From assembly GCA_001179505.1 (NCBI GenBank), contig CDMY01000336.1:124001-188000 (forward strand): a stretch of 64,000 nt of DNA, in the 5' to 3' direction. The notes beneath the pieces were generated by a model, which had not been told where the DNA came from, searched no databases, and was given only the letters and a program-made list of their open reading frames with translations. The translations under genes were made by a program, and so were the position numbers. Positions 1-13,522 of the stretch are shown here, piece by piece; the first letter of the stretch is position 1, and the number at the start of each line of letters is the position of its first letter. The DNA comes from Vitrella brassicaformis CCMP3155 (taxonomy: Eukaryota; Protista; Chromerida).

Positions 1-3000
1 GTCTCAATCCTCTTGAGGAAGGCCCTAAACCGCCGCACAAACTCCTCGTTGTACTGCTCCTCAACACTGAATCGCTTCTGCCCGCCGGGCTGTTCCTCAG
101 CCCTGCTCTGAATCACTCCCACCTGCATACCATGCAGACAGGCGCATCGGATCGTGCGCATCAATCGGCGTATCCATCCATCCAACCATCCCTTACTTAC
201 CTCATGTATGTCGAGCAGGTGCTGCAGTTTCTTGTGCTGCCGGAGCGGCCCCAACACAGACGATGAGCTGCGCTGCGTCATTATGCCCGATCTCGTGCGG
301 CCCCTGTCGATGTCCCGCAGCGTGGGCAGCCGCGCCATGCCCCTCCCCTGCTGCTGTCGGTCGCCATCTGCCGCAAGAGACACGGCTTTTTTTTCGCCGC
401 CCACCTGGAATGAGGACTGCTGTCTTGACGGCTGCCGGAGGATGGACTTAGGCCGGGGCTCCTCCTCACGGGCCATGTCGTCTATGGCATCTCCAGTGAT
501 GACGCAACCTCGCCTGCCGCGGGCTGCCTGTAGAGGGGGAGACAGATGGATGGGGGAATGTGTGAATGGGATCTTACGTGCTTTAGTGCCACGTCGGGAG
601 TCTCGGTGAGGAAGGCACTGAGGGCACACAACAGAAAGGGCATCCATAATCGGGGAAACGACACACTCACGGTTTTCGAAACTTTGGGCTCCAGTCCTTG
701 GGCGACTCGTCGACCTCGAGGGACTCATATGTGTATCCCCCACCCAGCACGGCGGACGACGCACTCGAGCTCATCGGAACAAGATCCTTCGCCTCCTCTG
801 TCTCTACACTCACCTCTGTCTCACCAGCAATGCTCTCGTCTTCCTCCCGGCTTGCCGTCTTCTCCGGCCTCATGGTTCGATCCTGCATCGCCCTCTCCCG
901 GCGTTTCTGTCTCTTAGCTGCCTCAGCCACGGCCAGCTGGTGGCGGAATCTTCGTTTGGTGACTTTGGTGTGGTGGTTGGAGGAAATGGTGTAGGCCTGC
1001 GAGAGGTCGACGCGCATCCGCTCCAGGAGCGCCATGCGTCCGAGGGCCTCACAGAACTCGTCGAATGTGAGGTCAGTCATGCCGTCGAGGTGCTGGCTGT
1101 CCTCTGGCTGCCGCTTGCACAGACCGAAGACTGACATGGCGTCCTTGGCGGTGAATCCCTGAACAGGCGGACAGGCGGACAGGCGGACAGATGGATGGGT
1201 GCGATGGTAGGGGAATGGAAGGGCGTCAAGTCAATAGGGTGTGGCTGTTGGTGTTACAATGTTACTTACTGTGTCGAATATCTTGAGCATCTGGGTCAGG
1301 TCCACAAGATGAGACATGCTGTCGCCATAGCTGCATTCATCACCGTCATATGCACACAGCGACAACTGAAGGCAAATGGGCCCATTGCTCACTTGGTGTA
1401 TAGCTTCTTGAGCCTCTTTCGATGATCCAGGATGGCAATCTTGACCTGAGCAACAACAAAAATGTTCGCAGCTTCTCAGCCCTGCCTGCCGGAATTCCCT
1501 CGCTGCGCTGACCGACCTGCGGGAGTCTCATAGGGTGTCTTGGAAAAGGCGAGAATGGAAACACCAGCAGTCTTGGGAACACACACCCATTCATCAGCTG
1601 GTGGAAGGCCGCCGACACAGGTACATCCTCATACACCTTGACACTCAGTCGAATCAGCAGCTCCATCAGGTGATGCCGACACAGAGGCGCCAATGTCTCG
1701 GAAGTGGACGTCAGCGGCAGCAACGTCCCGCCGCGCATTGTGTCATTAGGCGGCACCTTCAGCGTCTGAAAGATCAGCTGCTGCAGGTCGGCCAAGGACA
1801 GCTCGGGGAGCATCTCAACCTCCGCCGGGGGATCTCGGTCAGCCGATCCAAGGACCCCGCCCTGCCGCCTGTGCAGCCGGAGGACGTTCAGCAGCGATGG
1901 GTCTCGGGGGAAGCACCCCAGCAGGTGGAAGAGGTCGTATAGGTCGAGTTGTGCCAGTAGCGGCCACGCTGTGCTGCGGCCGGCGATGATGGCCCACACT
2001 TCCAGCAAAGCAGCGTAACAAGACTTGAGCTCCTGCCAAAGGTGATCATTGAGGGCAGAGACACGAGGACGAGAAGTGAGTAAGTGGAGTGCACCATACT
2101 GGAGATCTCACCTCCATGAGGTCCGCTTCGTCGTCGGCCCCACAAAGCAAGAGGAAGTCGATCTTTGATGTATCAGACTCAAACCGACGATGCAGCTGCA
2201 ATGAATGAACAGGGAGGGACATATCAACAACATACATCCAAGACGGCCCCTCCCTCCCCCCACCTGGTCTCTCTTGTCTCACTCACCTCTTGTTCTTCCT
2301 TCTGCTCGGCCTGCCTGGCCAGGTCTTTCTCCACGGCCTTGTCGGTCGTCTCCCTCTCCTCCCTACCCATCAGCTGCGCACGCTCCTTGGCCTTGGACAG
2401 CAGCACACGGCACTCACGCGACAGCTTCTGGAAGTCCGACACGATGTGACTGGGGATGCTCACGAGCGGCTCCACCGTCACGTCATTCATACCGGGGAGA
2501 AACTCCCGCCTGATCGACCCGCCGTGAGCTTCTGTGTCGAATACTCTGACGAGAGAGGGGAATGCCATCTCGGGCGGCGACTCGTATGCCTGGCCCTTTC
2601 TTTCCCACACAAGAAGGGCTCTCCTGCCCATACTCATTTTCTGCCTCCGCCTGTTCGGGTCTGGCGTGCCGTGTCTCTCCAGCAAGAAGTCGGCTTCGCC
2701 GTATGCACACTCAGGGAAGGGCAACTCCGGCAGGTCCTTGGCGAGATGGAAACGACCGTCAAGCTCGAAGAAGTAATAGTGGGTGCCGGGAGGGAGGAGC
2801 AGCTCACGATAATAGTGGACCTGATGACACAGACCGATGTCGGTCTGGCGTCTCTCTCACCTTGCTAGTGTGTGTACTGTGTGTGCACGTGTATGCCAAC
2901 CTCAAGGACAGAGATGGCTTGTCTTCTCAGCTCGATAGGGGCATAGTTGAGGTCGCTGAGTCTGAGCATGACCTTGTCCCCCTGCGGCAGGGGCCCTGAC

Positions 3001-6000
3001 TGGGGATGCTTCCACACAAACCGATGGAGACTGCATCGCTCGCACACCCAACAGCGGCCCTGGGATGACAGACAGACATGCACCACACACCGGTCTGCTG
3101 GGGCCGCCCAGTAACATGCATGTCCGTAAGGAATATTGTCACCGACCTTCAGAATGGCGTCTTGTGGCGTCCAGGAGGCATCAGCCTCCTTCTCTTCCAC
3201 CCCTGCTGCAGAGGATGAGCCTGAGCTGGATGTCGACACGGCCGCTTCAGTCCTCGCAAGCCGCCACTTGGCGTATCCTGCCCTACAGATAACACAAAAC
3301 ACACAACACTTCCTTGAGGCAACCTCCTTCGTGTCGTCGTCACATACCAGGGAGATGGTATGCCTTCCACAGGATCATTTCCTCATGGTCTCCCTCCTGC
3401 GCGGCCTCTTCAGCCATCCCGGTGCGAGAGCTGTGGACGGAACCCTCCACCCATGGCGGGGCGCTGCTTGTGATCAGGCCTAGCCGGGTGAGCAAGGCGT
3501 GTCTGAACCCCTGATGCTGCTTGGTTTTGAGAAGGTGGATGGCCGACAGCGCGCTGTTGCCTCGCATGGCCTCCAGAAGAAAGTCAAGCGTCTGCACCTC
3601 CTCAGGTGACTTCGATTGCCCTGCCTTTGTCGAGTCGGCGGCCTCGGGCGGACATATAAAAGCGCCAGCGTTCTCGGCAGCGTCCAGATGCGTCAGCTTC
3701 TGGTGTCTCGCCACGGCCTGCCATAGCATGTTCCACATCCTCACGTCGGAACAGTTCTGCCCCCTAACCCTGAGATCACGCAACCCGCGGTTGCAGAGCA
3801 GGCCCTCAGATACACCCTTAATCGCCCGAGCGTCTCCCCAGCAGTGGCTGATATTCAGCAGCTCCAGAGTGTTGTTGTGGCACAGCAGGTAGCGCACCCA
3901 CGGCCACGATGTATCAGCTAAGGCGTTGCCAGATATGTCCAGCCTCTGGAGCCCCGCCGCTGTGGCGATCTGGTGTAAGAGCGGGGCCACCAAAGCCACT
4001 ATGCCGGTAAAGACGGATGGGGCAGTAGAGGACCGCTGGCTGACCGCCTCGCTTTCAGTGATAGTGTCGAGGGTGCCAGCGTGTCTTTGCATCGAGGCAC
4101 TGCTGTCAGGTGAAGGATCCTTGAACCCTACCTTGCCCTTGGTCAATCGTGGCGCCGCGTCCAGGCCATCGGGCGGCTCCAGGTCAGCGAGATTAATGGT
4201 CGTTGAGGACAGAGGCGATGGATGTGTCAGTGTCTGTGCACCTCCATGGTCTTGTGGGGTCTCCCTTTTGTCTTTGGGGTGTTGTGGGGTTTCGAGCAGA
4301 GAGAGGAGGGAGGGGATGGAAGGAAGGGCGGGTTCTTGGGGAGGCCGCTGGTACTTGGGGGAACTGAACAAAACCGATGACGATATCTGGGCTGCAACAG
4401 ACAGATCCACTCAACCCAACGATCAGCAAACATGTGTCCGCGACCACCCACCTTTCCTGAGTTCCCCGCCCAGCCCGCAGTTGCGGAGAGCGATGTGTCT
4501 CAATGTCTTCAGCCGTCTCAGTGCGTCCGTCACAGCCTCCACCGTCCTCATCCCCACGTAGCTTCCCTCAATCTCCAGCGTCTCCAGCCGCTGACCCTCC
4601 ACTGCTGACGCCACAATCTTGGCCAAGCCGTCATCCGGCAGCCAGTTGCCCACTAGCTCAACCACTCGAGGACGGAGGCCACTTGAGGGATGGACGGTCT
4701 TTGCCAATGCAGCGCACTGCGTCGTATCCCCGGGAAGTGGGCCGCCCTCCAGACGAAAGTGCTCAGCGAAATGTGGCGGCGGATAGAGAGGCACAACTCG
4801 CAGAGTCTGACACATCGGCAGATACACTTCGTCGTACAGAGCCATTGGGTCCCTTGCTGCCGTCTCTTCCTCTGCCGTCTTGGTTTCAGGAGGCTCCTCT
4901 CTCCGCTCGAACGTGCCGACGAGCTCTTCAGAAACAATGCGGAAAGCAGAGTCTTCCGCCATCAGCCTGTCAAGCTCTTCTTCAAGAGACACGGCCTTGC
5001 CAAGGGCAGGGACCGAAATGCCCTCCAATGAGAAGATCTCGGTGACACTCCGACGATGCATGAGGGTCTCGAGGAATGCGGCCGTGGGGGAGTCACCAGA
5101 TGGCGTAAAGTGCACGGCGGCCGCCTCTTCTCTGTCGCCAATGACGACATTTGCATCGTCATGCGCCATGAGTTGCAGGACGGTCATGAGCTGGCCTATA
5201 AGGCCCTGGTGTTCCGCCTCTGCCTCGCCGACCGTCGCACTGCTGCTGCTGCTCGACATGACACTGCGGCTGCGCACGCTGACACTCCCCCTGGACACGG
5301 GGGAGCCCTCCGACTCGTTGCCTGTCCATCTTCTATGCGCAGATGGGAACCTGGAGGACCGCCTCTTTTTGTCCTTGCCCTTCTTGTCCGCATACACGAG
5401 GTCCAGCAAGGCCTCCATCGATGGCAGGGTCACCCCCGTCGCGCTCTGCTTCACATAAGATGGGTTTAGTCGCGCCAGCTCGGCGGCCGACGTCTTGGTG
5501 CGGTAGTTCTTGAGCACATCAGCCATCTTCTTGAGCACCTCAGCCTTCAAGGCCGACGTCTGGATGACGTCATGATTCTGGCGTTTGGCTTTGGCTGCTG
5601 CCGGTGACACTTGCGTGGATGTGCTGTCGAGGCGCCTCGCTGGGACGGCGGAGGAGGCCTTGAGGGGAATGAACAGCGCCATCATCCCAGGGAACTTCAA
5701 CTTTGACGCTGCCGCTGTCAAGACTGGGGGCGGCCTGGGGGTGCATGCGATGGGACACACGGCTCCACAAACCAGGATCGGGACTGGGGAGGGAGACACA
5801 ACGGCTTCTCGCTCAGATTTCTGTATTGCGTGATATTGCCCGATGGTTTTTGGTGTGTGATATTTTTCACGCCGTGATAAATTCACGTGTGAAACCAAAT
5901 AAAGCGGGATGGGCGCGAAGTGCCAAGCGGTCCTTCTATGCCCTTGAACTTCAATCTTTTGCCTTCACCCACCCACCCACAGCTACGGCGGCTGCCTCGT

Positions 6001-6240
6001 CCATCTGGCGCACCTGCCGACAGCTTTTCCTCTGGGTCTGCCATGGTGGGTCTGTTTCGGAGTGACAATTAGTGAATGCCAACGACCTGCCCACGTTGTT
6101 GATGCCATTGTCCTTACCAAGGCATGTGTCGCACGTACAGCTACCACAGCTTCCTGCATCGCGCAGGAGGCTGGGAGCTGCTCTGGCAACCGCCCCATGG
6201 CCCTTTCTGCTTCCTTGCAAGCCTGACTCTCACTCCCTCA
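1..6240 (-). CDS. Multi-exon leucine-rich-repeat (RI-like) protein with C-terminal EF-hand-like helical motifs; runs off the left edge, 5' end uncertain
   Basis: Exons in ORFs 4423-5898 (VVELVGNWLPDDG, LETLEIEGSYVG, LRHIALRNCGLG) and 3340-4410 (LQRLDISGNAL, LELLNISHCW) show the LxxLxLxxN/C pattern. Downstream exons CRHHLMELLIRLS and LTFDEFCEALGRMA are flanked by GT-AG introns. Confidence 0.72.
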
Positions 6241-6660
6241 CATTACGGCTGCGCAAGGGATGGAGATGATGGATCAATCAGTGCGTGTAAACATACAATG
6301 GGTTTGCGTGTCTCTATCTACCTTGCGTATGCATCTGAATAAAAGGCAGTCACTGTCACTACTACTCTCCCTCCCTCTCACCCCCCACTGGCGCCCAGCA
6401 CGTGCGCTTTGAGGCTTCGCGATCCCTCAAAGAAGAAACACCGATAACTGACTGACTCACTGGCCGATCACCGAATTCATTAATTAACCAGAAGGACACG
6501 TGCAATGCACACACTCACGTCCGACAAAATGACGAAAAAACGACGGCTCACTGTTCCGGCCGTCATCACCGCTGTCATGCCAATTTCAAGCCATACACCC
6601 ACATCTCATAAAAACAACACCAGCACACGGCCATGCCTCCCTGGATCTAGTCAGTGTCCA

Positions 6661-9600
6661 TCATGCCGTCATCACGCCGCTGTTCGTGATGACGACGGGC
6701 ACCCTGGGCGCCCGCATCGGCCGGTCCCTGGCCGCTGCCGCCACCTCGTCGTAAGGGCTGCCGTCGCTTCGAGTCACCTGCTGCCCGCCTGTCGTGCTGA
6801 TGCGGTCAACCAAGGACAAGCCCGAACCGTTGTCGAGCTCCCCGATGACGCAGTAGCTCAACGGAGCCGTGGAGAGCCGCCTGCTGGCCGTGATGAAGAA
6901 CCGGCTCCCTGCAGGTATCATCGACGACGGAGAAGGAAAGGAACAAATTGCATGTGCAGGCACATGCGTGTGCCTGCTGCTTGCGTGGCGTGTCTGTGAG
7001 GCGTGCGCTGCGCGTACCGTAGACGTACTTCTTCTTGTTGTCGTAGACGCCGACCAGCGCGAGCTGCCCGGGGTTGTTGGGCGGCACCAGAGCGTTCTCT
7101 TGGTCCGTCCCCAGGGCGGCGAGGCCCTCGCTCACTCTTGGCTTCCGTCTGGCCGTGTGTGCGGCGGCGGAGTCCAGGTAGCCGCCATAGATGGCCTCGG
7201 ATTCGATGACCGAGTCGATGTGGGTGTTTACATAGCACAGGGGGTACCCCTTGCTGCCGGCGTGCGAGTAGCCCGAGTACTGCACACAGACACACAGACA
7301 GACACACAGAAAAGGGGCGCATGAATGAATCGTCGTCTGTGCCGATGTGTGTGTATCTGTTGGCTGGTGGTGGGTGGGCTGACCTTGGTGCTGCCGCTGC
7401 ATAGTGCCGCGAAGATGGCTGCACTGAGTGGCGTGATGTCCCAGTAGAGCTTGAACACCAGCCGCCCTTCATTCTTGCCGTCGACGCTGATGTCCAAGTA
7501 CACACGATCTGCCTTGACCTGCAAACAACAAAACACACACACACACACACGAGAGAGAGAGAAGACATGCAGAGATCGATGCAAGCACTTTCTGTTGCCG
7601 CTTGTGGGTCACCTGCGAAGGGTTGATCGGCCTACTGATGACCTTTTCTGCCTCCCGGAGCCGTTTGAGGATTTCGTTGCAGGTGTTGGCAAGGTTCTTG
7701 TTGCCTGGCTTGACACGGAGGGAAATCAGTCCATACAGATCGGTCTCCTTCCGCACACACACACACACACACACACACACAGGGGATGTCGATTGGGTGT
7801 GAGTGTGTGATGGTGTGCGTGCGAGAGCGTGGGAGTGGGTGTTGCACCACCTTGAGTAGGGCGGGCCACATGCGCCAGTCGACTTGGTACTGCATGTAGG
7901 TGATGCTGCTGCTCAGGGAAGCCTGACCATTCGCGGTGCTCTGCACAACCAGACCACGCGCACAAGGATGCATCCCATCCCCCCCCCCCCCCCCCCCCCC
8001 CCCCCNNNNNNNNNNNNNNNNNNNNNNNNNNNNNNNNNNNNNNNNNNNNNNNNNNNNNNNNNNNNNNNNNNNNNNNNNNNNNNNNNNNNNNNNNNNNNNN
8101 NNNNNNNNNNNNNNNNNNNNNNNNNNNNNNNNNNNNNNNNNNNNNNNNNNNNNNNNNNNNNNNNNNNNNNNNNNNNNNNNNNNNNNNNNNNNNNNNNNNN
8201 NNNNNNNNNNNNNNNNNNNNNNNNNNNNNNNNNNNNNNNNNNNNNNNNNNNNNNNNNNNNNNNNNNNNNNNNNNNNNNNNNNNNNNNNNNNNNNNNNNNN
8301 NNNNNCCCCCCCCCCCCCCCCCCCCCCGGCTGTGCCTTTCTGCCCACCTTGCTGTCGTGTGCCCGTCTGAGGGTCCTCTCCATCTTCTTGAGCTCAGTGA
8401 CGGCCTCCTCAAACGTCGCAACCGCCAGCTTCTTCTCTCCAGGCGGCACCTCACCATCAGCCGTCTCGACGTCAGGGCTCCCACGCCGCTCGGCCTCGGG
8501 TATCTCGCCGCCTGCACGTCTTGCGCACTCGATGAGTCGCTGGTATGGGACGGGGGGAGTGTGTCTGAGTGTTTCCACGTCCCAGATGAACTCCTTCTCC
8601 ACCTTCTTGACGAACTTGGACAGAGCCGACTCGGTGATGACTGCCTTGTCAATCGTCGACATGCCCGCAGCCTGACAAACAGACAGACAGACAGACAGAC
8701 AGGGACACACACACATTCTCTGCTTGTGTGTTTGTGTCCCTGTGTGTATTGGAGTCAGTCAGTCATTCGTTCACCTGCAGCCGGTGTATGTCGCTGTTGA
8801 CCTTCTTGTCGAGCTCGACGGCCACCGGCAAAACCACCGCCTCCAGCCACCGCTGCACCATCCTGTGCACCCAGCAGGTGCCGGGAACTTTGGGCAGGCC
8901 CTCGTCGTCGAATGCCTCCCATGGTGGACACATCAGCCGCGGGTAGGTGAACGTTGCATCCATCGTCCACCCGAAGTGGTCCCTCATGGCCTCCATGAAG
9001 GCGCTCACAAAGAGCATCTCAGGGGCGGGCACGGCCTTGACGCCGCAGTCCAGCATGACTGGCACACAGACGGGGCAGTTCGGGATGCTGAGCACCACCC
9101 TCTTAATGACGAGGCCCCGTGATGTGTAGTCCTTGACGGCGGTGTCGATGAAGCTCCATATCGGCTCATCGCCGACCTGGACGCCAGTCAAGTCGAAGGG
9201 CAGCCACCTGATCGACGTCACGGTGTGTGGAGGGTCGGTGCTGAACATGGCGTCGAGCGAGAGGGCGCGGAATGCCGTCTGGTCATCCAGTGGGGCGCTC
9301 TCTTTGACCGTCAAAACCACACTTAGATGGCTGTCGGCAGCGGCGCCTGGCTTGCTGTGTTCTTCGATGGCCGATGTGATCTCACGCTCCTCCCGCGCCC
9401 TCTGCAGGGCGACGAACGTCTCGAAATCGATCCAGCCGATGTGCAGAAGCGCCACAGTGCGCGGAAAGACCTTGATCAGCAGCTCCCGAAACACTAAGCA
9501 CTGCTCTTTGTGCCGGTCACGCCAGTCGGTGGCAGCACAAGCTAAGGAACACACACCACAGTCAACACAACACATGCTCTCCTCTCTCCTTTCCCCTGAT

Positions 9601-10375
9601 GGTGTGTGCGTGGTTACTCTGGGAGCAGTAGGAGACCTCATGGCAGAGGCGACAGCGGTGCTTCTTGGCGAACCCATCAGCGCACAGCTGCATCGGAAGC
9701 ACCTCGACTGAGGCACCTGCAGTGCAGGACAACACAACACACAAACAGCACCATCATGGCACCATTTATCTGCCACCTAGCACACGTGGCTGTCCCCATC
9801 CATCCATCCATCCATCCATTGCCTTCACATACCAATGGGTGTCGCTGCCCATCCCGCTGCCCATGCGCCAACTCCTCGGTCGTGTGTGGGGTGCCCAGCT
9901 CATCCGACACATCCAATGCCGTCGTGCTGCTCTCACTTGACGGTGCTGAGGGGGAGGACGCCTGCAGCTGGTTGGCAGCAGCAACGTGACCCTGGGGGCC
10001 GTGCAGACCGAGAGCTTCCGTAGTAATCATCATGTAGCGGGGCCGACCGTCCTCCATGTGGGCGTACCCCCGGATGGGCGCCGCGTCTGTGCCGCCAAAC
10101 GACACCTCAATAGGCTGCAGGCTGCTGGCATCGACCCCTACCCTTGCTCCTTCGATGCGGGATCTGATCTCAGCTGGAATGGATTCGGCGAGAGAGTGGG
10201 CTTCAGAGCTGCCACGTCCATCGGGCTGGTCCGTCGGGCACGTCCATCGACACTGCAGCCCCGCCGCCACGTCCGTCATGTCAACGGCACCTCCACAACC
10301 GGGGGTGGGCTTGGGAGGATTCTCCTCGAACTCTTTGATGCGGGCGATGACGCGGGACATAGATTTGTCCGCCAT
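6661..10375 (-). CDS. MYND zinc-finger protein fused to a C-terminal degenerate cyclophilin-like domain
   Basis: MYND reads CADGFAKKHRCRLCHEVSYCS/LACAATDWRDRHKEQC across an intron. Cyclophilin-like exons: VYLDISVDGKNEGRLVFKLYWDITPLSAAIFAALCSG and GSRFFIT...YCVIGELDNG. Phase-0 GT-AG joins at 8774/8674 (RLQ|AAGMS) and across the gap (HDSK|STANG) link the parts. Confidence 0.75.
7979..8327. repeat. Poly-C tracts (about 27 and 22 nt) flanking a 300-N assembly gap, inside an intron
   Basis: C run 7979-8005, N 8006-8305, C run 8306-8327. On the minus strand the donor AAG|GTGGGC precedes it and the acceptor TGTGCAG|AGC follows it. Confidence 0.95.
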
Positions 10376-10499
10376 CTTCCAATGGTGGCATTCAAGGTTT
10401 CCCCGCAGCGGCGAGCTTAGCCACGTCGACGATGGGTTCCAGGGTTTCAAACTCTAAGCAGGTCACAGAAGCACACTTTAAGATGAGAGCACCCTTCAG

Positions 10500-11875
10500 A
10501 TGAGTGCTCTGGTGAAGATGAGTGCGCTCGTGGCGCTCCTCATGGGCAGCGCACTTTCACATGAGGTGAGGATGGTATGCTGGGGGAAGGGAGGCAGCCA
10601 CAGCCAGATCTGTGGGTGGCCTCGCGCCGAGGGTGTTTGCTTCATGTGTGCCTGCCTGTGTGTGGCGTCATCAACATCAGGTGCCGCTTCTCGACGCCCT
10701 TGAGGCAGCCGAGGCCTTCCTGGGACCTGCCATTGCCGGTATGATGCTCCCTGAGCGGCTCATCTGGCTGTGTGTGTGGTCACTTTGTGTTGCTGTGCTG
10801 TTCCTTGCTCCACAGGTCAACGATCTTTCTCCTCCTCCCCCATGGCTTTGCCTCGGTCCTCCTCCCCCGTCTTTCGGCCTCGCAGTGGCCTGTCCTCCCT
10901 CCAGATGGCCAACAGAGAGAGCAGACACAAGGAATTCACGAGGGTGAGTCAGCAACACCTACGCAGGCAGCCAAGTAGATGGGGCAATCATGGGCAACGA
11001 ATGGTCTGGCGTGTGTTGTGTTGATCAGGGGAAGAAGTTTCGAACGATCGGGACGTCGTCGATAGCGCGCCACTATGCGCTGCAGGGGAGGGGCGGCGGC
11101 ATGCCGCGCGTCCACCCCATCACCGGCAAACCCCTCAAGCCACTCGTGCTGCCTGTCGCAAGGTCAGGCAGCGAGCCAGGCCAACGACTGACTGACTGAT
11201 CAATGTCAAGTGCCTCTCTCTCCGTGGTGCAGGTGTATGTTGTTGGGCAAGATGGCCAACACGCGGCGAATGAAGCGCAGCTTCTCAATGAAGGCCACGC
11301 ACAAACCACAAAAAGTCAGAATCGAATCAGACAGCAAGGGAAGAGAGCCGTGCCACATGGTGTGAATGCCTGGGCTCTCCTGTGTTGTGTGGTGTTGAGT
11401 GTGGTGCAGGTGAATCTTCAGTGGAAGCGGATGTGGTGGGAGGAGGGCAACAGGTTCGTCCGCCTGAGGGTGTCCGTCAAGGGACTCAGAACCATCCGCA
11501 AATACGGACTCGACAAGGTGGGTGCGTTTGCGTGCAGGCAGACAGCAGACAGACAGTCAGAGTTCACCATCCCGTATTCGTCCCACGAATGCTTTTCGTC
11601 ACCCCCTGGCTGTCTCTTTCGTGCCTGCAGGCTGCCCGCAAGTTCGGTCTTGATCTCAGTCAGCGGAAGCTCTGGGCAGGCACCGCACCTCTGCAGAGGT
11701 CAGTCTGTCAGAATGGCAGCCAAACGAACCATGGCCAAAGAATCAGCCCAAGTGTGTGTTGTGGTGTTTCTTTCTCTGTAGGGGCGGCCGGCGACGGCGG
11801 TCGGGAGAGGAGGGCGAGGAGGAGGAGGTGGAGGAAGAGCCTGTGGAAGCGCCAGAGCAGGCCGTCCTGGCATGA
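10500..11875 (+). CDS. rpl28: Plastid-targeted 50S ribosomal protein L28 (bL28c) with bipartite presequence
   Basis: Spliced core [64 protein letters not shown] matches bL28. N-terminus has a hydrophobic signal peptide, an AEAF motif and an S/R-rich transit peptide. Confidence 0.88.
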
Positions 11876-12223
11876 CTTGGCTGAGAGTGAAAGACTGGTG
11901 TGTCTTTGAAATGTAGCTTGGCTTGGCTTGCTTGGTAGAGGAGAGGGATGTGCACCTGACTGTGTTTGCACTGACTTGGGGGGGCACACATAGCCGTCGC
12001 AATGCGATGACGCCGACCGAGAGAAACCGGCCACACGCACCTCCGCGAATCGTTCTTACGTATCCCTTCGGGGGGCCGGGGGGCAAGGTCCCTGTGAGGT
12101 TAACGAACGAACGAACGAACGCACCTGCGAGCTTAGCCTATCCCCCCTTTTTCCTTTTCTCCTTTCCCCTTCCACCTTGGCCTTGCGAAGGAGCCTCAGC
12201 TCTCTCCATCAATCGGTTTGGTA

Positions 12224-13522
12224 ATGAAGATCTTCCCGCTACTTGTCGTCATCTCCTCTGCGGCTCATCTCGCCCTCAGCGAGCGTCAAGTGGTGTCCAT
12301 CAACGACAGAACCTTCTCCATCTACTGGCCGACGCCAAACAATGCCACTCATGCCGGCGACGGGAGCTGCACCATCCTGCTCGGGCTTCACGGTCTCGGC
12401 GACAATGCCGACAGCTTCTGTGCGTGGACAGCGTTCAAGGAGTACGCTGAGAGGGACGGGGTGGTGCTGGTGTGCCCGCAGGGGCTGCCTGGGTGGCTCG
12501 GAGAGGTCAGTCAGCGAGGGCATCAAGCTTACCAGGGGGTCTGGTCTTAAGAAGCTGAGTGCACTCCCTCACTCATCTGTGGTGTGCGTGTTTGGTTTGT
12601 GCGTTCCATTTGTGCAGGCGGCGTGGAATGCGGGCAGCTGCTGCACGTTCAGTGGTGTGGATGACGTGAGCTTTATCGATAGTGTCGTGTCGAGCGTCAG
12701 GGGATATCTCCAGCAGAGGAACCAGCAGTGTGTCAGCCAGTCGATCCTCCTCGCCGGCTTCTCAAATGGCGCCATGATGGCAGGTACGGTGCGCATCACC
12801 CACACGGTGCTTTCATTCACTCATTCATTCGCTGTGTGCCTCGTTTGGTCAGAGGCGTATGCGTGTGAGAGGCCGACCGACGTCAAGGGCGTTGTGTCTG
12901 TGGCTGGTGTGGTGGCCTTGCTGCCCATTGGAGGTGGATTGGACTCGTGCGACAGGGACTTCGCCGCCCGGGCAGGCCGCAGTGTGGCCGTCCTGGGGGT
13001 ACACGGCACTAAGGACTGGCGGGTGCCCATGAACGGGTGGGGGAGCTGGCACTCATACAATGCACAACCAGCCAGCCACAGCACTCACCAGATCTCTCTC
13101 TGTATTCCCTTGGCAGTGACCCCATTGTGGGCTTTCCCCCCGTCCGTGAGGACCTGCAGCGATGGGCCCAGCGAGGCAAGTGTCTCACCACCGGCCCCTC
13201 AGACCCGTCGCAATTCCGCCGGGGCCGTTTCAGCAATGAGATCATTTGCGCCACCGAGCTGGGCGAGTCGAGCGTCGAGCTGGTCGTGCGTGAGGACGGC
13301 ACACACGCATGGTTCGAGGAGACAGAGTTCGACACGAGCGAGTACGCGTGGAGCTTCATGATGCGGGCGGCCAATGTCACTGAGCAGCCAGGGGTGCGGG
13401 GCCGGCCATTGCTGGACGGGCAGTTGCGAAGTCAGAGGGTGCGTGCGTCTGAGAAGGCGTCTGAGGGGATGAGGCGGTTCAGAGAGGCACACGTACAGCC
13501 TGAACCTTTTCTCTTCGTGTGA
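12224..13522 (+). CDS. Secreted alpha/beta-hydrolase, LpqC / PHB-depolymerase-like esterase
   Basis: Signal peptide MKIFPLLVVISSAAHLALS; LHGLG oxyanion loop; WNAGSCC; DDVSFI; nucleophile motif GFSNG; HGTKD acid; THAW His; three GT-AG introns. Confidence 0.85.

Noticed and set aside
6407-6432. 8-bp inverted repeat CTTTGAGG/CCTCAAAG
   Set aside because: Too short to exceed chance in 64 kb; no U-tract or other support.
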